A stretch of 64,000 nt of DNA from Marsupella aquatica (lineage: Eukaryota; Plantae; Marchantiophyta), in the NCBI GenBank assembly GCA_973895155.1, contig OZ316899.1, positions 12,120,834-12,184,833 on the forward strand, read 5' to 3'. Shown here in pieces: positions 26,467-38,300 of this stretch (position 1 is its first letter; every line of letters begins with the position of its first letter). The position numbers and the translations under genes were made by a program. The notes under the pieces are model-generated. The model did no database searches and had not been told where the DNA came from. It was given only the letters and a program-made list of their open reading frames with translations.

Positions 26467-27010
26467 TAGCGCCCGGCACTAGCATTGGGATTTATATTTA
26501 TGGGGACATTGTCGTCTCCAATCAATCATATAGATCAAAATAATTTCCCATATGAAACACATTTTGGCATGCTTACTTTACTAGCGCCCGACGCTAGCAA
26601 AAGATCCCAATATATACGTTCAAGTTACCGTTTAATAATGAGTCTACGATAGATAGCGCCCGACGCTAGCAAAAAGGTCTCATATATCCGTTCAAGTGAC
26701 CGTTTAAGATTGGGTCTTTGATAGATAGCGCCCGACGCTAGCATTGGGGTTATCTTTATGTGAACAATGTCATTTCTATTAGGTCCAATTTAGAAAAATA
26801 ATTTCCCATCTGAACCACATTTTGACACTCTTACTTTACTAGCGCCAGGCGCTAGCCAAATATCCCAACCTATATCTGTTCAGGTAACCGTTTAATAATG
26901 GGTCTTGATTAGATAGCGCCTGGCGCTAGCGAAAGAGTCCACTCAAAGAAACTCTCAATTGTTTCACGACAAACCGAAACATTATAGACATTGGATAGCG
27001 CCAGGCGCTA
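26467..27010. repeat. Array of seven 15-bp palindromes (TAGCGCCNGGCGCTA consensus) in the divergent promoter region
   Basis: Copies at 26467, 26582, 26654, 26726, 26840, 26914 and 26996; ~72-bp sub-period and ~259-bp higher-order period. Confidence 0.92.
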
Positions 27011-27200
27011 CCATTCAAAAATTCATTGAATTGATATGAATTATGTTCACTTATGATACAATATCTCATAGACTACCAAATTGTAATGCCGTTAGAAAAT
27101 GACAAACATTCATTGATGGCCGGCCATTTTGTCGTACTTTCAACGGTTCAATTCGTCCCAAATGAATTGTCCAAAACCAAAATTCAGGAAATCATTCTCA

Positions 27201-30200
27201 ATGGATTCGCTAATTGTAATCTCTCGCTCTCCGCCTCGAGACCTAGTGTCAATCCCTCTCCCAAGTCCTAAGAAACATGATCATATTTCCGAGGAATTTC
27301 TTGCCACCAGGTTTGGAATCCTTGCTGTGAGTATACGCAGAATCGTGATCTCGGGATCAGATGAGGTTGTTGATGCTCATATCATTGGAGGAGTTTGGCA
27401 ATGGAGATTGTGCGGTGGTGTGAGGTACGACATTGTTAGGTTAGGGAAATTTGAGGTACCATCCTTGTCGTCAAAGGATATGATGAAAGTAGATTTGATT
27501 GACCTTTCAGATAGTAGTGATGATCAAGACATTTCAAAGATTCTTGTTCCTCAAAACAATGTGAAAATGGAGGAAATGGATGTGTTGGCGAAGGGTGCCA
27601 ATTTGATTGTCTACCGGAGGAGTGCGCTTGATACGATTCTGCAATCAAAAGGTCAGAGTGAGATCTCTAGATTCATGCGAAGGGATGATTACACATTTGA
27701 GCAAGTAACAAGCTTGCCTGGAACGTACAATGGGAATGTTGTTTTTGAGTTGCCTCCTGTTGTTGGAGTTTGTTCAAAAGGTGAACGTCTCCGAGACATG
27801 GATCGGGGAAAAGACTGTTACTATTGGACTCAGATTGTCACAACTTCCGCAAATGTTGTCCCCCAAAAGATGTGGGATTTTGGGAAAGTGGTTTGCACCG
27901 GTTCTCTAGAATGTCGTAACAATTCATGTGAGTTCTGGATCGAACATGAAAGGAGGAATGCGCAGTTTTGGGGGAAAATTCCTAAGCTTTCCGGTCCGCA
28001 CGTTGTCGGGCAACTCATTCCTGAAGGCGGGATTGTTTGTCATTACTGTTCGGAGCGTCCATTTCGCGTTGAATCATGTCCAGCCATGATGTTCTACATG
28101 TACGCATCTTCCAAAGTTGAAGCGGAATCCGCTAAGCATATGTCACGTCTTCCTATTCACATGGGATTTCATAATCATCCTAGCAAGCAAGTGTTTTCCA
28201 GAGAGGCTGAAAAGGTGGCAAAGATACACTTGGAGAAAGGTTTGAGTTTGAATCCGCGTGCAACTACTTTGGGTATGAAGAACACAGTCACCGGATCTCT
28301 TTTTAAAGCGATGTGTGAGTCATCGGTGAAGGATATGATCCCAATAGAAGAGACAGAGATTTTTGAATCTCTTCAGGTGATCTCAACCCCTCAAAAATTT
28401 GTGAATCTTCTCAGAAGTATCCGTCAAGACCAGAAAGAAAGAGGGGAACTGGAATTTCTGGTTAGCATGCAAAAGAACATTTCCTTCCCTTTTCTTCAAA
28501 GGTTCTTGTTGCCCGGGCAAGGATGCCGAGATGAAAGTGCGCACATTTTCAAAATGTCCATTAAGGGTGAAGGCTCTGGTCTGGATCTTCTTCGAAGGAT
28601 GACCCTCGGAGGGCCTCTTGAGGCTGCTTGGGTAAGTTTTGATGTGATGCATCGAATGACTAAGGATTGGCTTACGTTCAGTGTCCATGTTTATGACCAT
28701 AACTATCGTGCACTTTGCACGATATTCACTTGCGATTTGCGGGCAGAAGATACAAAATCACTTGAGAGGGCTTGGCGTCTAATGTTGGAGGTAGCGGCTG
28801 AGAATGGTCTTGAGAATGTACACATTCATGGTTTCATGGTGGACAATGCTCAAGCAGGTTGGAATGCTGTCAGGAATGTGTTCTTTGAGGGAATACCGAA
28901 TCCTGAACGTGAACGATCAGATGCGTTTCATTTCTTCCAGTCATTTTGGAGACACTCAATCGAAGGCATTCATGAGGGAAAGCAGGGTGAACATCGTGCC
29001 CTTTGGGATAGGTTGCGGAATGCATAATCGTTTATTGAGGCATATCGTATTTCGAGAGAAATTGATGCGTGGTGGAGGGCTGGTAATTGTTACCCTGGGA
29101 AATTACGAATGTTGCAAGGTTGGATATCTTGGTGGGTGGTCCGCTGGCGCCAATGGGGGAACTTTATCAGATTGGTGAGATTTCTAAACACTTGTTGGTT
29201 AGCGCCTGGCGCTAGTCATACTCGTTCTACTCTACAGGCATTAGTACTATTGAGGGTCTCTAGGCTAGCGCCTGGCGCTACTCATACTGGTTCTACTCTA
29301 CAGCCATTAGTACTATTGAGGGTCTCTAGGCTAGCTCCTGGCGCTACACAAAAAGGTAATACTTGATATCCTGTACGAGCATTCAGGGTTCTATTTTATA
29401 TTTCTTGGCGCTTTTGAACTCTCTAAAGTTGTTTCCTGCTTTCTACAGAGCAAGAGTGCAAAAGAAGCAGCGATGATTCCAAATTGTGGTGTATCCAAGT
29501 CGTCTCACGCGTTGATGATTGCTTGGCAAACCAAGAAGAGGGTTGGCATCTTTGAAGGGTGTGAAACAGATCAGAACAGGGCGATATCTCAAATTGCCGC
29601 CTATACGGCTTACAAAAGAGGATTGAACAAAGGGAATGGTCCAACTGTGTTTGAGTTGGCTTTCCAATCTGCTGATCTAGCGGGGTCCCCACGATTGTTT
29701 GAAGAGGCTTTGAACCTTTTCCTTTCCAATGCGGCTGAATTCGATTTGGAAAGGAGTTCACCTTTGAACGGGGATGTTGTTACACAATCAATAAAGAGGA
29801 AGGGCCATGCTACTGGAAACGTCTGCGCTCAAGACTCCCACAGGCACGATATTGTCCTCATTACAACTCCAAACACCCGAGGTTTCAAGCGAAGAAATCT
29901 AAATAGAACTGAATTTTTGCCCATTCGATCTGAACCTCTAGTCCAAGATAGTGAAGTCGTCAATCTTACAGAGAGCGATTGTTCCGATAGCCTTAACGAG
30001 CGGACGCCTCCTCCTCCAATGCAAACGAGGTCATCGGTGACTCCAATTACTCCCCCAGTATATGTTGTTCAAGAAGAAACCCCGCCTGTGTTAGAGGCCA
30101 GTGTTCCTTCTAGATCCTGGCATATTCGTCGAACTTCAAAGCATGGAGCCGGACCTGTTTGCAATGGATCCCTTGGCGGACAAGGAGATCGTGATGAATG

Positions 30201-30952
30201 TCAAAATCGATTAAAGAAGGTAGGTTACCGGACGGCAAGTGGAGTTGTTGGTATTGCAATTTGAGCAGCGCGGCTTTTCAGAGGGGAACCACATCCGGAA
30301 CTGATCTGGTTCTGTCCAAATAATGTTTGTTACAAAAGTTGTCCTTGAAAAGGTGTGGTGAACGTTCCTCCCCCTGTCAATCACCTGCCTGTTGCATTGA
30401 GTACAAATCTTTCCGCAACGGAGGTCGAGTTTCTGAAGGAGAATGGAATATCAATCGGTGGTGTAGGTCATGGTGTAGAAAATGCACCAATTGGACTCGA
30501 TCTCCGCATTGATGTCAATACTTTCCCTGAAAGAATCAATCTAGTTGAGCCAACAATTCGCTGTTTATCTCAAAACGGAAGGACGTGCTTACAGAGAGTG
30601 CATCTCACTAAGTCGCACTATAAGAAGATTGAAGCAGCTGAGAAAGAGGAGATGAAAGTAATATGTTCCAGGGATGTTGCAACAGGAAATGGATGGGGAA
30701 ACAATTTTGCGTCCAATCACACATCAATCACCACTCTGTGATTGCCTATTGGGGTCAGATTTGCTGCTTTCCGTGCTGTTCTTGCAAAGATTTTACCGTC
30801 ATCATGCCCATAGAAAACCTTTCATGCCTTGCAAACATCTGTACTGGATTTATAAAAATGTTCTCAAGCTGGACCTATGAGAATCCACATTGTCAAGTCA
30901 GCCAATACTCACCGTTGGAGAAATACGTCTATTGTTGGAACGGGAAACTTGA
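27201..30952 (+). pseudogene. MULE DDE transposase with N-terminal GCM/WRKY-like Zn domain and C-terminal SWIM finger
   Basis: CTGSLECRNNSC..CHYC..CPA..HMGFHNHP; WVSFDVMH..FMVDNAQAGWNAVRNVF..DAFHFFQ; WISWW..RWRQWG; phase-0 intron 29175-29448; CSCKDF..PCKHLYWI; premature stops (e.g. 29025) and frameshifts. Confidence 0.85.
29190..29346 (+). repeat. 66-bp tandem repeat carrying three palindromes inside the transposase intron
   Basis: Palindromes at 29200, 29266 and 29332 with near-identical spacers. Confidence 0.9.
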
Positions 30953-33900
30953 GTGGAAACCGTTGGCTATTGTGTGGTTTACGTTCAACCGTGCTTTCTT
31001 TTCTTTGTCGTTATCCAACGGCATTATCAGATGGACATTTTTTAGAATGAGTATGTTACATGTTTTTAATGTGGAGTGTCATCATATGTAGCGCCTGGCG
31101 CTAGTATTATTGACATATTGATTCAATAATTGTCTAACGAGGGTTTTACACTGCCTTGTTTTTATTAGAGTTGGTTTTCCTGTCACACTCGTTATACCCC
31201 ACCAGGAGGTTTTTGGGAATCAGTACATTATATGTTTTTAGTTCCTTAAAGTAGAGTGTCATCAATGGTAGCGCCTGGCGCTAGTATTATTGACAGTCGA
31301 TTCAGATCATGTACTTTTGAGGTTTGGACAATGCCTCGTTTTTATTAAAGTTTGGTTTTGAACGCCGTGATAAGTACTGTGAGTCACTGAAAACATAAAA
31401 TGCAATGGAGGTTTGGGATGGAGTTTTTGTTTGTTTTGCTGGTGACTATAAATAGGAAGTAAATTTGAAGCAGGTATTTCCTGATGTGAGTAAAAACTTT
31501 GCTCATAACAGTTACATTTTCCTGATATGAGGAAAAATTTTGCTCGTAACAGTAAAAAAAACTCATGTTTCCTGGCACGGTGTAAACCCTCGTATTGTGG
31601 ACCCTTCTCTCCCATGTTTGAAATGTTGCGGTGAGAAAATATGCTAAAACTTTTTATTTATTTATAAATTTCATCTTTATTCCGCGTGAACCCCACGGAT
31701 GAGGGAACTAGCAGGCCACAAGGCCAAAAAGGACAACAACAAATGTATCCCTGCATACCAGAGGGGAACAACACCACAAGACCAATCCCGAGCCAGTTCA
31801 GGAGCTAAGCAATGATCCTAATACTCCATGCTACAGTGTTCAGCCGAATCAACACATAATTAAATCATCAGATGAACAACAGAGCATTGAAGTATCTAAA
31901 TGGGTCACTATATTTAGTGAAGATCATTCACTGTCATGATCCTGTCAGATTCACTGGTCATTAGGATGTTAGTTTATGTACCCTACCCCTAAGTAGCCTA
32001 CGTTGCTCTGCCTCCACCATAGTCCTAGCCTGGGAAAGCCGCCCAATCTTACGGCCAGAACAAGACAAAGCAGCCACAACCGACAGGTGATCAATAGTCT
32101 CCGTGCAGATATTAATCTGGTAAAAAATGCGGTGTCTGGTCTGATCAAACGTCTGGCCATTCCTGGCAAGCCACAGGGACCACAAAGTTTGGTACATCAA
32201 GAAAACCTGTAACGTATGCAGAGGGGTCTTCCCCTGCATCGACAACAGGAGATGCACCAACCCAATTAGAGCCCGGTTAAATAATCTCCCATTCAGCCAG
32301 CCCTGCATTACCAGCCAGCAAGCCCCCGCATGGCGACAGTCAAAGAAAATGTGCAAGATAGTCTCCACCGCACCGGAGCAAAGTGTACATACCCCATCAG
32401 ACTTCCCAATCCTCAGAGCTTTAGAGCCATAAAATAAACCCTGGGCAAGGATGCGCCATAAGAAGGTTCTGGCACGAGTGGAGAGACCTTACACCATTCA
32501 ATCTCAAGCAAGTTCACATTCCAGATCCTGTTAAGCCTGCAGAAATCAGATCCCTTGGGTCTAAGCAACTCAAACACCCTGAGATTGGGAAGCCCAAATT
32601 TAGTCAGGGGCACACTGTCCTTATCGATCCATCTCCATAGTCTTGCCCCTGAGTCCCCAGCTGTTTCTCTGCAGATAGATCTGTGAAGAGTGGCAAAAAA
32701 GGATAGACAAAATCTCCTATCGTCTTCCGGTAGACCCTCAGTCTGAGCATCTTCTCATTCATATCCATCCACTGATTATTCAGAGCAGACCGCAAATTGT
32801 TGACTTTCCTGACACCAAGCCTTCCACAGATCTTAACTACACCCAAAATGTTGTCCTCAGGGAGAGTGTAAAAATCCAATAGACAGCGCAAAACATCTTC
32901 AATCCCCCAGTGTCCGGGGATGGCCGTAGTGCCAGGACAAAGGACCAGGTTCTCCCGTACCAAGGTCCAGGCACACCAAAGCTGGCCAGTATAACACAGC
33001 TTCCCAAATGAGTGAGGAGTACTGAGTAGGACCTTATCCTTCATCGAGTAGTTGTTCCTGTGTACCATCTTATAGTTGCGCCATTTAGTTAGCTTTAGAT
33101 TCTCCGCATACATCCTGGCCCATTCCGATTCCGGTCTATCAAGCGCCCCAGTAAACCATTTACTTAGTAGAGCGTCAGAATGACTACGGAAGTCCTTCAA
33201 TCCAAGGCCACCATCCACCTTAGGTCGTGCCAGCTTCTCCCATGCCACCAGTGGAATTTGCTTCCCCCCTGTTTGTTAATCCCCCAAAGAGAAACACGAC
33301 TGAGTGCAATCAGCTTCTTTGCCAGAGAAGCAGAGGATCGCAGACACATCATGTGATATACAGGAATGGCAAGTAAAACATGTTTGATCAACAGCACCCT
33401 TCCAGTGAAAGATAGAAAACGGGTAGACCAAGATGAGAGTCTGGCTGCAATCCGGTCGAGGCAAAAGTCATGCAGCTGTGCTTCAGTAAGCTCCAAGCCA
33501 AAGGGAGCACCCGAATATTTCTGTACCACTCCTCTTTCACTAATCAGACATCCAGTAGCCAGAAGCTAGCTCGGGATCACCTCCACAGCAAGGGGAATAA
33601 CAACTGACTTGTTTAAGTTCAATTAGCACCTATGGCATCTTTGTAGCAAGTGAGAGCACTCCTGGCTTGCTCAAAGGCGGCCGCTGAGGCCGAGATGAAC
33701 AACCCTAAGTCATCTGCAAAAAGTCTAAAACATATGTGTAGAGAGCTGGAAATCTGCAAACCCTGTAATCTACCAGCATTAATCTCCGATGTAAGAAAAT
33801 CCATCAAGGGCTGTGTAGATATGACAAAGAGAAGAGGTGAGAGAGGGCAGCCTTGTCTCACACCACTGGCCATCTTCACATCCTCAGTCCAGATGCCATT

Positions 33901-35388
33901 GACGAGAGCCTTAGAGCAGGCGTTGCTGATCAGAGACTTTACTAGAAAAATAAAATGTGAGCCGAGGCCTAACAGGTTCATAGTTTCCCATATGTAAGAG
34001 TGATCCACTCTGTCAAAGGCCTTCTCAAAATCCAGTTTCAAGAAAAGAGCCGGGGTCCTAGTGAAGTTAATCCAGTCTTTAACCAGCCAGGTGAGAGAGA
34101 TATTTTCCAGAATGTGCCGCCCAGGGATAAAGCCTGTCTGTTGTGGACAGATCAGCTTAGGTAGTAACATTTTTAGACGAAGGGCTAGCAGCTTAGCCAA
34201 GAGCTTGTATACAATTGTTAACATGGTTAATGCTCTCCAGTCCCCCAGTCTTCGCTTATCAGTTTTCTTAGGAATAAAATGAATAACCCCATCTTTGATG
34301 TTGAAAGCCAGATGTCCTCTCCTCTAGAAATCACAGATCATGTCATGAAAGTCAGTCTTCATGAATTCATAGCAAGCCCTGAAGGTCTCCGCAGTCATGC
34401 CATCAATACCAGGAGCTTTGTCACTGGGAAGAAGTAACAAAGTGTTGTGCAGTTCACATATAGAAGGCAGCTCTTCAAGCATTCTAACCTCAGCCGCAGT
34501 AGGGGCAAAATGTGTGTTCCTACTCAGAGTCCTGCGTGTTGTTCTTTGCTTCCTCAATTCTTCTCCTTCCAGTGATGGCGGTGAGTACAGCTCCTCACAA
34601 AAATGTTGTACCTCTCCAACAATGAGTCGCTCCTCCCTTAATTCCGTGCCACCATCAACCACAAGATATTCCATCTTTTCTCTGAGCCGTTTGGCCTTAA
34701 CAGTGGAGAAATAGAACTTAGAGGGTTTGTCGCCTTGGCCCAGCCATTTAATCCTAGATAGCCGGCGACAGTGGTGAGCATCTTCAAGTTCCATTGAACG
34801 TACATTATCTTCAGTATCCATAAACTCTATGATATTGTCAGTGGAGTAATCCTCCATAATGCTTACCTTCAGAAGTCAAAGTTTGTCACGCAGTAGTGCA
34901 ACCTCTACAGCCTTGGTCATTGGTGAAGATTGTAGAGTCATGTAGCATTGGCGGAGACGCTAATACGCCAAAGAAAAACATAGATGAGGTTCAGCAAGGG
35001 GAGCGGCATCCCCAATCCAGGCAGCCTCCAAAAGTCCCAAGTTTGCAGACTTCCTGACCATAGCAGGGTTAGCTTTGAAGTAAGAAGTGCGTCGTTGATC
35101 AGAATCAGACGTGAGCAAGGGGGCAATGCGGAAAGAGATCAGCACAGGGTCATGGTCCGATAGTGCCAATGTGCCATCATGTTTGAGTTCCACCAGTTCC
35201 TCCGTCCACTGGCCTTTCTCATTGAAATAGAACCTATCAAGGCGAGATTGAGTCAACACGCCGTTACATATCCGGCGCCAGGTAAACCCGGATCCCGATA
35301 CCTGACCAAGAATAGAGAGTGCGTCTTGCAGGTCAAGTCAAACCTTCAAAAACCTCCAAAATTCCAATTCCCTCCCGCGGATCAACGG

Positions 35389-38300
35389 TGTTGCAAGGAC
35401 TTAAAGTTAGGGGCTCCTCGGGCAAACTGCACATTTCTGGCTGTGATCGGGACAGGCGACAAGCACTTTTTGGAGCGAACTCTCACTCCTTTATATTTTT
35501 TACTTTTCTCACAAAGGTTACAATAGGTGCCCTCGAGTAAGCTTGCCCGCAAGAGTTTGGTAGCTGGCCCTACGGCGGGCCGCTACCTCTAACTTGTCGA
35601 GTAGAACTCCTCGAGTGACTAACTACTCAAAATCTGACGGAAAAACTATCCTCCTTAGCTCACAAAACCAGAAGTCGACTAGCTACTCCACTAGTCTAAA
35701 ACAGCTCACACGGAACTCGGGCCTGGACCAACGAGGCTCCAAACTTGAGAAATCCTTGCCTGGATCAACGAGACTCCAAACTTGAGAAATCCCCACCTGG
35801 ATCAACAAGACTCCAAACTCGAGAAATTCCCCGCCTGGATCAAAAACTCCACACTTGGATCCAACACTCGCTCAGAACTCCAAAACCGCCGCACAACAGT
35901 CGAGTTCCATAGAACGAAGCGGAACTCACAAAACGCAACTCAACCAATCTCAATAGACAACCGCCAACCTCAATGAGCCGAGGCTCAAGTCTTAAGTAGC
36001 ATCGGAAACCCAACCATCCAGCCTAAGCCAGCTGCCATCAGCGAGGCTCATCCAAACTCCAAGCCTGGTGACTCACCCAAACACCAAACCTGGTGACGAC
36101 GAGTCACCCAATCACCAAACTTCAATCCATCCAACCAAGCAGCCCCTTCGAGTCAGCATGCATGCAACCCAATCGGGAGGCCTCGCCCATCATCCCCTAT
36201 AAAAGCCATTCCTGAGCCGAAATCTTTCAACACGACATCCTCCCCCAGTAAACCTGAGCAGCCTCCGGTCTGCTCCAATCCATCAGATTTCCTCTAAGTC
36301 TAAGTCCGAACTCAAGCCATGCGCCTGGACCACTTCCTCCTCAAGAAACTCAAACCCAAAGCCTTGAGACTCGGCCTTAGGCACTCCACTTTCCAGAAAT
36401 GAAGTCCAACTCATCCGAATCAGAACCAGTCAAGCCACTTTCAAAACTCAAGTCCAACGGATGCGCCTGGACCAGTGCCTTGTCTTCAAATTCACTCAAG
36501 TCGGAACTTGAGTCCATTCCCTTCTCGGTCCTCCTCTTGAAGATCTTCACCTTTTTCCCTGCGTAAGGTACTTGGTGAACTGTTCCATCCAACTCCCGAA
36601 TAGTGTAGGTCGCATTCGCATGAACAGCAACCACCACATACGGACCTTGCCACCTCCAAGCAAACTTGTTTTGGCTCAAGTGTTGCTCGTCCAACTTACT
36701 TTCGTAAACCAGAACCCAATCCCCTTCCTTAACCAAGACAGGCCTCAACCGATGAGTCCTATCGAACCTGCCCTTGTTCCTTAACCTCGCCATCTTCAAT
36801 TGCTTCCGAGCCACCTCAATCTTTGTGGGTAACAAGTTGAAGTGTTTGATCCTTCGAGCCAGCAACTCCTCTCTTGAATCTTTCCATCCAATCAGTTGCC
36901 AGTTGCAAACATCTTCCTCAAGTGGCATCATCGGCAAGTGCCCAGTAAGTAGCTCAGCCGGAACGTATCCGGTCACTGAGCTACAAGTCATCCGATCCGC
37001 TAACAGAGCAAGTGGAAGGAGACTCGACCACCTGCCCAAGTCCCCATCACAAGCCTTAGCCAAAGCGCCCACAATCTGGATGTGCCCCCTTTCAGATTTC
37101 CCATTGCCTTCTGGATTGTAACTCAAAGTTAGCTTCAGTTTGATGCGGTATTGGTCAAAAAACTCTTGCGCTTCCTTGGAGCTGAGCTTCCCCTATCAGC
37201 TCTGATCCTTGTAAAGCACCCATGCCTTGCAATGATATCCTCAAGTATGAACTGGCAAACGGCAGCAGTAGTGTTCGAAACCAACGCTCTCCCTTCCACA
37301 TAAGAAGACAAGTCTTCTCTCGCCAAAACCAAGTATCTTGCCCCATTGCGCTCTCTCGGCATGTACACCACATCAACAGCCCATTGAAAGTGTAGAGCCA
37401 CGGGGTAAGTCGGAACCAATCCATCCCTATGTCGGATCCTTGAGTAAAACTGGCAAATCTCGCAAGTCTCGACATAGTCTCAAACGGCCAAGTATAAACC
37501 TGACCAGCAGCTTCCGAACCCTCTCATAAGTCGAATGCACCCCTTTGTGCCCAGCCATGTCAGCATCATGGCTCTCTTTGATAATTCGGTCTTTCTCATC
37601 CTTAGTATCCACAACCCTCTGCAACAACTGACTTGGGTCCTTATGCCTTTGCCACAAGTAGCCCTCCCTCAATAGGAACTTGTAAGATCTCTTCCGGATC
37701 TGACAAACTCCTAGTAACTCCACTCAAGTTGCTTCTCCAAAGTGCTAATGTAACGCCCGATATCCAGCAACTCTCCCGAGTAGAGTTCTTCCTTGAACTC
37801 TAGACTTCCAACACTTTCGGTTCCGGTCACCTCGCCAACTCTCGTTGCTACCTCATTTCCAAATCTTGCCCTTGACAACATGTCGGCAACCGGATTATCC
37901 TTTCCTGCAATATGACTTAGCTCAGGGTTGAACATCCGAATGAAAGTGATCTACCTGAGCATCGCTATGTCAGGCGTGTCACAATTTGCAATCATCCCCA
38001 GCAGCGATTGGCAATCAGTCTCAACCACCACCGGCGCCCCAATCAAATAGTTCCTCTCCTGATGGAGTGCCACCTTGGCACCCCAAAGCTCCCTCTTAAC
38101 TTGGGCATATCTCCTTTGCCTTTCCGTAAAAAAAATTGCCCCAAATCTGATCGCATACCTTTCCCCATTCTCGTCATCTTGCCCAACAGCCCACCCGGCT
38201 GCAAACGGACTCGCATCAACAGTCGTGATCAGTGGTCGCCCGCACTCATAGTCCGCAGCTCAAAGAATTGGCGGGCTCATGAGAGCGCTCTTAAGCTTAG

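Larger units (their letters stand above)
19059..31591. mobile_element. Mutator-like element (MULE) with short degenerate TIRs and two divergent genes, 12.5 kb
   Basis: 9-bp direct repeat GTATTGTGG at 19050-19058 and 31592-31600; left end GGTATAACGACCGTGACAGTAAAC versus right end (reverse complement) GAGGGTTTACACCGTGCCAGGAAAC; internal MULE transposase; all palindrome copies lie inside these ends. Confidence 0.8.

Noticed and set aside
26467-27010. CRISPR-like array of palindromic repeats with ~57-bp spacers
   Set aside because: The repeat is only 15 bp, the spacers resemble each other, there are no cas genes, and the context is a spliced eukaryotic TE
31174-31202. Alternative right TIR of the MULE with a good match to the left end
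   Set aside because: It has no matching TSD, and another palindrome plus the 9-bp TSD lie further right (31592); probably an internal duplicated end
31681-31711. Helitron 3' end (hairpin plus CTAG)
   Set aside because: It lies within the TSD-defined LINE 3' UTR, is not followed by T, and no Rep/helicase is present
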